Shown here in pieces: positions 10,846 through 22,200 of a stretch of 33,596 nucleotides of DNA; positions within the stretch are counted from its first letter, which is position 1, and every line of letters starts with the position of its first letter. Source of the stretch: Basidiobolus ranarum (Eukaryota); contig JASJQH010006948.1 in NCBI GenBank assembly GCA_040143965.1, positions 1 through 33,596 on the forward strand. The letters run 5' to 3'. The position numbers and the translations under genes were made by a program. The notes beneath the pieces are model-generated. The model searched no databases. It was not told the origin of the DNA and was given only the letters and a program-made list of their open reading frames with translations.

Positions 10846-12074
10846 CGAAAGAGAAGAATTGGATCTTTTACTGACTAGAGTAGAGGACAAGTACGAACAA
10901 ACAAAAGGATTTTCTGGTCAAAGATGGGAGATTAGTGTACTTATATAGTAACTAAACTCGATATTCATCTTACTCAATGGTCAACATTTCATATATCTGA
11001 CCAATCATTGAGTGAGTTTATCGTTATGGTAATACGGTATGGACATGATATAATGCATTCTGAAACTAGGCTATTTTGAGAAGAATATATGAATTTTCGA
11101 TTCCTTAACGATTCCTTAAAAACCCATAAAAATAGATCCAGTCACAATGGTAATTTATTCATTCGTTTACGCACCTTCCAATGAGTTGAAATGATTACTC
11201 AAAAGAAACTTCCCTGTTCGTAAAAATAGCGATAATTAGATACTTTCACAGGCTACTCTTCATTGGAACTTGGTCCAGATGGAATAGGAGCCAAGTTTCT
11301 TTGCAATTTACCAAGCAAGTTTTTTTTGCTTGTTTGCTATTTTAGAGTTGACTTGATGTTGATGGTTTTGAAAAACCGTTCCATCTGCTACACATGTCCC
11401 TTAAACCCAACTACCATAGAATCCCCCATACTATAGTTCTTTACTACCATTTATTACTTGTATTGTTTAATCTTGTTAACAACTGCTTCGGATAACGCTT
11501 AATCCATGTCGAAGTGGTTGAATAATATTGGAATTACAAACAATTGGTATAATTCCTGCCAAATTACTTCAAGACATTGCCAATCAGCATCAAGTATGGC
11601 AATATAAAAGGATGTTTATTTTAGACAATCCTCAGAGAAAATCAACCTTACACATCGAATCTTTCGATGCTAACAATACCATTTGATCAATCAACTCGTG
11701 TCAGAATCAGACTTGGGAGATTGTTCTCTACTTCTCTCTAATTAATATTGGAAATCCTAAACCCCTCCCCCCTTAAACGCGTAGACATGTGGCATCTCCA
11801 AGATTCCATTAATAATAGTTATGGAAATAGTTTCTCCGTAATTCAATGAGATTTGTTTTTTCATCATGTCCGGTAAACTTGTTTGTAGCCTTGGAGAAAA
11901 AGATTTCGACATCCGATATCCGATTTCGTAATGGTACCTTTTTTTTCTTTTGTAAAGTTTCAAATTTAAGGAGATTAAAAAGTCTGTATTTTATCAAGAT
12001 CTTGTAATACTAGAAAGGCTTATTAATCTATCTTGACTGACAAATAATTACCAAAACGTTCCATAGGTTTTATT

Positions 12075-13300
12075 TCAAATAACCTCTGCTTCTAACTTCT
12101 GACTTTCAATACAAGTCTCAATATTTACTCCAAAGCTTGGTGATGCTTTTGTAGTAATGTAGTCTGGTGGATGAATTGCCAGGATCATGGTACCTAGCGT
12201 AAAAGTGTAGCCACAGTTATGTAATGAATACAGTCCACTCAATAAAATCGAAATATATCCGGCAGATGAGTCGTTGTAGTGAATCAATTCAGCCATTAAA
12301 AGCGGTATACAGGTAATACATACGGTGAATATTAAGCAGGAATGAATACGTAAGATATAATGTGTATATCTTGGATATAAGAGTATGGGATCGAATTTTT
12401 GAAAGAAGCAGTAGAGTCGGATATGATTGATAGTGGACAGGCCAAGAAAGATCAGCATCTCTAAAATTACCACATAATGTCAGCAAAAGTACAATACCAA
12501 TAACTAGAGTGTATCTTACCGACGGTAAAGAGCATTTGAGGAGCCGACTGAAGTGATACTAGTTAGTAAGCGAAGATTCAATAGAGATGAAAACTCTTAA
12601 ACTTACTGCGCTAATAATTGGAAAGATTTGACATACAGACTGTAGGGTGAGATAGGAAAGACAGACAAAGCAGCTGTAGCCGATATAGATTTTCAACTCT
12701 TTACTGCCTTGGAACGAGCACTTGACGTATCTCGTTAATGTGCGATGCCATAGAGCTTGAAATAAAAATAAAGAGCTGGTGAACAACGCATACTTGATAC
12801 TCAAGAGTCCAGTATACGCTGGCAAAAGTTTACGAGATCCTGGAGACCAATCCTCCTTTGGCTTCGGAAGCGTTGAAGTCCCATGCGGAATAGAACCCTC
12901 ATGATATTTCACTATACATATCATTACATCATCAACAATACTAATCAAAAGTGAGCTCAGTATCATTATACTAAGTATGACCTTCAACCCAAACTGGGAT
13001 GCTATCTGTTGAGGCTTGAACAGTGATTTAAATGGATATTTGTAACTTAGATATTTGATCACCCATGTAAGCATCAGAACATTAAATACTGTTCGATCTT
13101 AAAGGTCCAAAGTTAGTCACTTGATACTCAACGAATACCAAAGTTTAAGAACTCTCACCAAGATAATAGTTGCCATTTAGATGGGTCATGAGATCAATAA
13201 TGCTTTCAATCAAAAGAAAAGGAAAGATAGAGAGATGCAGGCCAAGGGTTCGCCTATTTAACGTTTTCGAAATAGAATGGAAATTATGTAATAACTCCAT
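12075..13300 (-). CDS. Uncharacterised multi-pass membrane protein, ~348 aa, 4 exons
   Basis: Exons 13300-13159, 13097-12607, 12547-12520, 12460-12075 join in frame with GT-AG ends and GACTAAC/TACTAAC-type branch points. About 7 hydrophobic segments. Confidence 0.7.
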
Positions 13301-13713
13301 ACAAAATCTAAGGGGAAGTGTCTTTGTTCAAGATATCCAAACTTACATTCAATTTTTAGAAACAAATGGGTTTCTATATAACCATATACAGAATAAATAT
13401 AGTGGTGACGATTACTGCTTGTTGTTTAAAGTAGAATTCATTTTACTTTGGAAGAAAGGAGTGGTCCTACAACTTTTCACTATCAAACATTGATCTACAA
13501 GCATCCTTAAACTAAACAACTACTTTATTGCTATTCAACTCCTGGCACAGACTGCGTGAATAATCGCAAATTGTTTCGGTTTGGGGTATTCAAGAATGTC
13601 TCTGACGCACACTATCGATTAAATGCTATCAGTGGTTTGTTTTAAAATCGCCTCGAATTTAATCAAAAACCTATTTTCTATTTTTCACCAGTTTACATGT
13701 TAGCTATGCTCAG

Positions 13714-15458
13714 ATGGATTCGCTTCTTGGATATTCTTCAAGTGACTCAGAAAATGTCGAGGAGGTAGAAAAAGTCTCAGAAGTAACAAAAAACTACGGC
13801 GAAAAAGTACTGTTTAGTCGCCTTAATTCATGGATGTAAACCCCTCTTTTATACTAAACTGTAAAATATCCCCATATTTTAGTTAGTAAATCAAGAAAGA
13901 TTGATTGTGAAAAAACAAGAATGGAAATACAACACCAAACCCACCAAACCTTATATATCTACGAGGAAAAGAAAATCTTGCTCCAATGAAATTAACCAAA
14001 ATCAAAATACCAAACTCAAGATACATGTTGGTGGTAAGTCTTGTGATACTACTCAAGAACATAATGAATGTGTCAAATAAATAATTCTTTATAACAGTAG
14101 AGAATCTTTCGTCTCAACAAGTACTTGAAGTACCGGAAGAATTAACTCACAATCCCACACCTAACCGAATACCCAGTCGAACAATTATTGAATTCAATGA
14201 TCATAAAAAAGGAGTTAACGTATTGCGTTGGAATGAATGCTTCGGTATGAAATATTAGTATCCGTGATTATTTATCTACCTCAAACTAAATCATGTTCCT
14301 ATCTATCTTTTCTTTTAGGTCATTTACTTGCTTCAGCCTCAATGGATGGAAGTGTCAAGATATTCGACGTGTTTCGCGAAAAATCGGAAATTTGTACCAT
14401 TGACCATCTGGGTAAGATTACATTGATTTTTTACCATGTGATAGATATTAACTTGAAATTATTAAGGGGGAGTTAAAGATTGTCAATGGAATCATGATGG
14501 CCGTCAGTTAATCTCTGGCGGTTTTGATAAAAAAGTTACATTATCGGATTTATCAACTGGAAGTGTAATTCATGTAAGATTTTGTCTGGGAAACTAATTT
14601 CAAGTTCACTTTATTCATTAATCCAAACGACAGACTTACGATCATCCACAATATGTAACTGCTATGAAGTTCCATCCTACTGAGCCGAGCGTGTTCCTTT
14701 CTGGGATGCATAAAGGTGGACTTTTAGCGTGGGATATCCGCAGTAACCAGTAAGCTAAATCCTTCCAAAGATGTACACAGACCTGAAACGCTAACTAGAA
14801 TATTGGTAGGATTATTAAATCGTATCCAAGATTTTTTGGTCAAGTACAAGATTTTCAATTTCTACCTGATTCAAAATATTTTATGACCTGCTCCGATTTC
14901 GTTTTACGCAACTCCGCAGACAAATCAATTGTGGTCTGGGACTTTGATTCGGTAAATATATTTCTTTACTCTACTTCCAAACCCGTAAGGTACTGACTTG
15001 TACTTCTAAGGGAACTGTTCATTCCAATCAAATATACCAAGAGGCATTTTCCTGTACATGCTTAAGAACTCATCCAAATCAACGTTCTTTTGTGGCTCAA
15101 ACGAATGGCAACTATGTAGCAATTTTTAATCTAGAAAAACCTTGGAAAATGAACCAACACAAGGTAATTTGTCACAGTTCCTCTGATAAACCCCAATTTG
15201 TTAACACAGTTAAAGCGTTTTGAGGGACACCAAGTGGCAGGATTTCGAATTCAATGCAGCATTTCTCATAATGGTACGTATGTTGCATCTGGATCTGCTG
15301 ATGGTTCACTTTATTTTTATGAATGGAGTTCATCGAAGTTACTTAAAATCATCCGAAATGCTCACTACGATGCATCGATGGATGTCGTATGGCATCCCAC
15401 TCAAGGAAATATTGTTGCGAGTTGTGGTTGGGATGGGAAGATTAAAATATGGAATTAA
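13714..15458 (+). CDS. WDR25: WD40-repeat protein, WDR25-like, 9 exons
   Basis: N-terminus MDSLLGYSSSDSE. Spliced WD repeats include HLLASASMDG, RNSADKSIVVWDF, SNQIYQEAFSC...HP...FVAQTNGNYVAIF and RFEGHQVAGF, matching my recollection of WDR25. Confidence 0.85.
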
Positions 15459-15644
15459 ATTAAATTTATTATAAACAATTTACAATGTTGGTGCTTAAAT
15501 TGAATAATAGATAATGAGAACGACATACCTTTTCATAGTTGGATTAGTTGATCGTACCAAAATTATATTATTACTATTACTATATAACAAAACTAGAAGA
15601 GAACAAAGTTAATAAACTGATGTAAAAATATATATGTATGGTTC

Positions 15645-15752
15645 GAGTCGTCTCAGTGGTTTGGCAAAAGCCAGTTTCAACATCGGATAGATCCAACATA
15701 GCAGATCAAATCTCGTATATGTGTAGCGATTCTTAGCCATCATCGACGACTC
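15645..15752 (-). ncRNA. Box C/D snoRNA A, snR50-like (predicted guide for LSU Gm867 equivalent)
   Basis: Perfect 8-bp terminal stem GAGTCGTC/GACGACTC. C box ATGATGG 15743-15737, guide AGAATCGCTAC 15733-15723, degenerate D' CATA, C' ATGTTGA 15683-15677, D CTGA 15656-15653. Confidence 0.85.
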
Positions 15753-15887
15753 ATTAACAATCATGATATAACACCTACCTCTTAAGATATTAACTAAGGA
15801 TCGGATCAGCTTTCGGCTACAAACCCTGGTAACAAAAAGATATGTAAGTGACTGTTGGGTGTAAAGTTTGTAAATAAGGATATGATA

Positions 15888-15973
15888 AGGATCAGAGGAA
15901 AATGTGCCACATGGGCGACTCAACATTACTGACAAAGTCAGGTTTAGTGTAGCGATTCTTAAGCATCATATTG
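15888..15973 (-). ncRNA. Box C/D snoRNA B, paralogue of snoRNA A (snR50-like)
   Basis: C box ATGATGC 15969-15963, same guide AGAATCGCTAC 15959-15949, D' CTAA 15947-15944, C' ATGTTGA 15926-15920, D CTGA 15895-15892. Confidence 0.8.
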
Positions 15974-16270
15974 AAGATTGTAGGAGCCAATTATAAATGT
16001 ATATCTTACCTATTTACTGATGTAGTGGGAGTGGTTCAAGTGGCAAAGATAATATATTCCTGATTTCTTGGGCTTGTTTTAATGCTGTCAATTTCCAGGG
16101 AACCCCCGAAATTCGATTGATAAATGAGGAATTTTTTTCAGTATACCTGGCTTTTCAAGGGTTGGAAATGGGGATTTATTTACAGTTACACTAAATCATG
16201 AATTTAAATCGATTTAGGTTTTTTCATGAATACCATATAATATGCCTATTTACATTTAAACGGAAACCAT

Positions 16271-19200
16271 TTAGCAACTATTTGGAATTACAATGTTGTT
16301 ATCAAATCTACTTACGTGAACTATGGGTACATGCTCTACAGGTTGATCTAAAGCACATTTCTGTTCTTCGAATTCTTCCCAATTGCACTGTTTACGACGG
16401 TCTTTGGCGTATCCATCGGGAACAGTTACAATAAGTTCTTTCAAGCGAAATTCTTTGACATTGTTAGTAATATCTTCCAGAATATGAATTCCCATAGGAT
16501 ATAGTCGATCCTGTTCCAAACGGATATCTTGCACACCAACTATCAAATCACCGAAAGGTGGAAGTTTCTCGACTGCTTGTTTCGCACATCTCAGGACGGC
16601 TGCTCGATACTCCAATAATTGACTTCCAAGGATTACCGTGTTGGGTATATGTGGAATAACAACTAAAAGTAACGATGCAGGCTCAGGATGTGGGTTAAGT
16701 TTCTGGAGTTTTTCACAATGTGAAATATCATCTGATTCTTCACTCAGGTCAGAGATAACGCCCTAAATTTCATGAGAAACTCTAATTGAATTGAGAGATT
16801 AAGTGGATTAATACATACCAAAGCTAATAGTTTCTGGTTATTCTCTTGGATTCTTCTCAAACGACTTCTTTCGTAGGGAGCCATTTCTAATTCTGTGAGT
16901 TTTTCTATTGATGGACTGTGTTAGTATATCTCCAATCGATCCGAGTTCAAATCATAATACAAAGTCACCGTTTGCTGTTTCGATACTATGGTTCTCTGAT
17001 AGATCAACCTACGTTATCATTTTATGATGGTTAGAATATGAATTATGATTTAAGTATCACATAAGAGCTCACTTTTTGTTGGGCAAATTCGATTTTGATC
17101 TCTTCCCAGTTGTATCCGTCCTTGCCGAATCTTTCTACCATTCTGGATGTACAAAGAGAGACGAAAGAAAATTGAGATGACGGTTTAAAAGTCCAAACAG
17201 TTCCCATAACAACGCTTTTCCGTGCAATGGGGCAGTATGGAATACCACGAGTTGTCTCAGTAATCTTTACTTCATGGATGCTAGATTGATTGTCTTGATG
17301 CAGCATAGTGGTTAGCTATTAGTCGAAAGAATGAATAACAAGTCGAGTCAAACCTGATATGGAATGCGTGATCACTTTATCAGGGTCTACTTTCCGTAGG
17401 GTTACCAAAAACTCGTGTGTAAATATTAAGAAATCATATTGAACACAGAGATAGGTGCCTAATCCGAAAGCAGAGCAGTATCTTTGTCGTTTGACAACCT
17501 AGTGTTCTACCTTTTAGTAAGCCATACAAAATATCTCTTGTGTGTACAGCTTACCAGCTCTTCCAATTCAAATCCTCGCTCCATATACTTGCTTATCATT
17601 CGAAATCCCACTGGAATATAAAAACAATGTTCTCTGTTGTCTCCTATTCCCAAGGTACAACGACGGCCCATCTTCAAGACCCTGAAAAGCGTAAATGGTG
17701 ATTTTATGTTGCAATAGTTTAGTACTTTCTTAATATTAAAACTACCTCCAAGTTTCATCTACTACTTTGCCATACTCGAGCAAGAAGTCTTCAGAATAGG
17801 CAAACCTGGACAGATCCCCTTCTATATGAGTAGAATATGCTACACAGTCTTTGTATGGAGGATGAGAAAGCACATGATCAAACGAATTATCTTCAAAAAG
17901 GGGGCCCACTAAGCAACGAGAGTCACCTTGCATCACTGTGGGACGATGTTCAGCGGTAATTCCAAGCTCTGGAGGCAGAGCGAAAGAGCAGTTTCTTCTT
18001 GAAAGTGCCACAGCAGCCTTCAAGTAGTCAAGTATCAGTGAGATCTTATACCAAGTATTTAATTATATTGATGACTTACTGGATTGATATCTTGTCCAAT
18101 ACACCTACAAAGTAAATTGCATATGCCATATTGTCAGTTCAAGTCATGGAGTGAGATTCAAGTTGCTTTCTAGTTTTTCATACTTGCGTTTGAGTAAAAA
18201 GCATTCGATGGCATCGGTCCCTATATTTAATAGAGTTAAACATAGTTTGCAAAACTAAGTATGCTAACTGTATACCTCGTCCAAGAAAATTAGATAGGAT
18301 ACGCTCGTTGGGTTTGGTGTACTTGAGTAAGGCTCTGTTAAAAACAAATTGTAGTTAACTATTTAAGATGCGATAGGAGAGTAGGTTAGGTACCTTCTAA
18401 CACTCTGAGGCAGCCAGGTTCCTAGTAAAAGTCATCATGTTAATGACATCAATGAATTTGTCAATATTTCTGGAGATACTGACCATGGTAATCTGTACCA
18501 GAATGAGTTGCCCCTAGTGATACAAAAGGTTAGAAGTTGTAAGAGTAGAAAATGCTTAGCCAGTCTTACATCTAGGTGCTCTTCCTGGAACGTCATAGTA
18601 GGTGCTGTCAATAGTTAAAGAGAAAAGATGGCATTCAGTCGGAGCGTAGCTATCCAAATATAAAGCTCTTATATTGTTGTCAAAGAGAGTATCCGTACAA
18701 GCAATTCTGGTTAAATATGGATTATGAGTATAATCATCGACACATTCTTCATAGTTACACAATTGGCTTGTGTATTCTTCGACAGAGATAGTTCCAGCTT
18801 CAGGTTTTATATAGCTATTTTGTACTCGAGATATTTGGAAGCAATCTCCACACATTAACACCCCATTAAAGCCTATTTGCAGATGCTATTGAGATTAGCG
18901 TACTGGAAAACATAGTATCATCAATTTAAAGACGGACCTTTTCTCCAGACGGATGAAGTAGTGGATGAACAATAGGAGCATATCTTATCACCACGACGTA
19001 AATGTTTTGGAGCGAAACTCTTTTTTCGTACTAAGGAGATACATCAGTAAAATTGGAATTTTAATAACTAGACGTGTAGGTGATATACTTGTTCTTTCGT
19101 TTTTGCCTTTCGAAGTATCCTCCAGAGCTTGCATCTCTAAAATATCATCTAGACCTTGAAAGAGTCAAAGCAAACATTATTCAGTTTTCACCATGACTGA

Positions 19201-22200
19201 GTAATTATATCTGAATCTTACATGTTTTCTTGAAATCTCCTGGCAGATGTGGGTGCGATTGTGGAAAGCCTTGCTCATAGCACTGAAAACAACTTTGAAT
19301 GAGGTTTATCTGGCAAATGGCTACTGGTTAAACGTGGCGTACCTCAGCACAAAGATCATAAGAGGAAAAATAGTCATCACTACATGGGACACAAGTATAC
19401 CAACTATCATTCTGAAAGCTTCTATTGCAGACATCGCAGCTAAATACATCGTTGTATTTTTCTAGACCAGAAAATGAAATCAATTATGGTTATAATGACT
19501 AAATTGAGTATCCTACTCTTTACCTTTCTTGCTTCGTATAGATTCATGTTGAGGACACCAGAAGATAACTCCTTTCTCAAAATGCGGCATTGGCTTTTTA
19601 GTGCACAAAATATGATAACTTTTCGGGCATTTTGCCTCGAAACATCCAATTGTTGCTCCTTTTTCTTTACATACGGCGCATCTCTAATCGTGAGTAACTG
19701 GTAAGAAATTGTAATCAATAGCGCCAATGATGTGAATCCTGTACAAACCATCTTTCTCCCTCGGTTCAACGCCATACTGACATTGTACCAATCGCCCTCT
19801 TTTGTTTGAACTACTTCTGGTGAGTACCTAGCGCATGCGTCGTGTGTCCAGAAGCTTTTTCTTTTTTTACTCCCTTCAGTTGTTACTTTGATGTATACGA
19901 AAGGTTGAGGACCAATAAACCCACCAAGTATGTTTGGGTCTTCATCATTACAAAAGGCACAGATTTTCCGCTTTTTCCACTTCAACAGTGAAATATGACT
20001 TCTGTCTTCCTCACATATAACCGCCTGCATATATGGTTTGCCATCAATCTCCGTATAGCTCTCATCAAAAAGATCTTTTTCATACTTGGTCACCAATTCT
20101 CCAATGATAGGTGCTAGTTCGATATTGGCGTCCTCCATTATGTATTCTACGGCAAACGATGAGCGTGGATGTTGATGCTTTCTTGGAAATTTTCGAGAGA
20201 AACACCTGTTCAGATGGATCAATTACCAGGGTTTATGGTGAGATGTGGAAGCACTGAGCTTACCATAGACACAAATCAAAGCTTTCATAGTCGTAGCCTT
20301 CAGATGGATTCTCGCAGTAAGTGCAGTAATACCTACAGAGGGTTGGCCTTTGATACATAATAGGGTTTTAGGGTTGAAATTACACTTTACCTGATTTGCT
20401 TAATCACCACCTTACACTGGTTGCAGTAAACTTTCCATTTCTCACTCTCTAAATAGAACAACTTGATCAATTGCGAAAATACACAATTACATCGAAGAAT
20501 TCACCTACCAATGCCTTCAAGAACGTTAGACTCGTCAAAATACTCCGCCATTAAGATAGGCTCCTCTTTGTCGTCAGGCTTTCTTCTCTTAACTACCACC
20601 TTCTTTTCAATATCGGCTATTTGCTCTTCAACCAAACGATCCAGTTCTTTCTCCTCGAATTTCTGTTGCTTTTCAATCACTGTATTGGGCTTCAGCCGTT
20701 TACTATTGATTTCAATCCACTCATCATGCGTGCTGGGCCATCCTTCATAATGGATAAGTATGCGATATCCTTTAATTGCAACAACACTCCCATTGCACCA
20801 TTCTTTTAGACGATCTCTGACCTCAATCGTAGATCCGATTTTAAATCGTTCTTTAAATATATTATGAGAAGTACGCCTTTTTTTGGACTCCTTTGCGGTA
20901 CTATCTTCGAGGTTGAGGGTGGACGGTTCATCTCCTGTATTTATCGAACTTCTAAGGTTGTAGCCTCTGGTAAGATTAGAAATGTGAGAAGATATTTGTT
21001 TGGTTACATCATTCTGGTTTACGTTGGAATCGTCCCATCTTTCGAGAAGTGTTGGTTGATTTGTATCATGGTTGATAGATCTATGGTCATTTAATAATAA
21101 TATGGGGTTTGTTGTATCACAATTACCCACTAACTCGCTTTCTGTGTCAAACTGTAAACTTTGAACTTCTGAAGATTCATCCATGCTAGAAGCGGAAACG
21201 GATATTGTTGAACGTTCTCGAGTTCTTTCTTGCAAGTAGTTGATTGACTCTTCATGAATTGAATCAGGTTCATAGTTAAAGTTGTCGAAAGGAACTGCCT
21301 CGTCCTTTACGAATAAAGATATCTGAGTTAGAGCATCTTCAGATTTGACTGTGCTCTCAATTTCGAACCGTCTTTGCCTACGACCTATGGGTCCCTCATC
21401 ATTCTCATCAGTACATATATAGATCCGCTTGCTGTGAGAATCTATCCATTCATCAAATGAGTCTTCCCAATCGTCATAATGTATTCGAATCTTCCCCCTG
21501 TATATCTCCACCATTTTTCCAGCGTACCAAAAACCATCATTATATAGAACTTTAACACGTTGATTTTTCTCAAATCGATGCACGTCAAGTTCATTCTCAG
21601 CCAATATAGAAATTCTATTCGTTATACCTCTAGTCAGAAAAGCACTAGATGTCGAATCCCCCAGAGTAGTTGGTAGAAAACCTTTATCTAACGAGAGTAG
21701 CGGTATCTCCTGGGGTGCTTCGGTTTTGTGAGGATGATTATCATCAGCGCTCTGGGATTTCGGAGTTTTAAGATTCGTACCACAAGGATACTTCCTTGGC
21801 CTTCCTCGTGGTCTTTTTGGACCGGGATTTTCCACAATAGGATACTTCCTTGGTCTGCCTCGTTTACGTGGAAGTAGGGGTGTTGGTTTATCATTTATTG
21901 AAAGTTCTTTCGTATTGCTTACAGGCTCAGCAGGATTCGAAGGTAGGTTTACATTGAGTAAATCATTTTGTACATTAATTGGATTTTTTCGAGGCCTACC
22001 TCTTTTCCGCGGAGTTACTTGAATGATTGGAGTAACAGCAATAGGTACAGAATCATTTGTGACAATAACATTTTCTGTTTGACAAATAGCCCATGGGTCA
22101 TGATGAGAAGTCATACTATCCGTTGTTGGAGGTTCACAATCCACCGGCTTAATGCTTACGCTCTGAGTGGGCTCCTTTTGGCCTCCATACGAATTCATCA

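Larger units (their letters stand above)
15480..16060 (-). ncRNA. Spliced non-coding snoRNA host transcript (ends approximate)
   Basis: Intron 1 16009-15826 (GTAAGA...CACTTAC...TTACCAG), 47-nt exon 15825-15779, intron 2 15778-15593 (GTAGGT...TATTAAC...CTTCTAG). No ATG in the upstream exon region or exon 2. Each intron contains a C/D snoRNA. Confidence 0.7.

Noticed and set aside
11266-11300. Imperfect hairpin GGAACTTGG-TCC...GGA-G-CCAAGTTTC
   Set aside because: An isolated short stem with no supporting motif; expected by chance in a window of this size.
15641-15652. GTTCGAGTC resembling a tRNA T-loop / B box
   Set aside because: No cloverleaf or A box; it is part of the snoRNA A terminal stem.
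15721-15735. Alternative idea that UAAGAAUCGCUACAC pairs with the U2 branch-recognition region (GUGUAG...UUCUUA)
   Set aside because: It needs a large internal loop. The contiguous 11-bp LSU pairing with correct D'+5 register at a known methylated G is simpler.
15609-15935. 108-aa minus-strand ORF
   Set aside because: Non-ATG start, no recognisable motifs, and it runs across the snoRNAs and host introns, which explain the region better.
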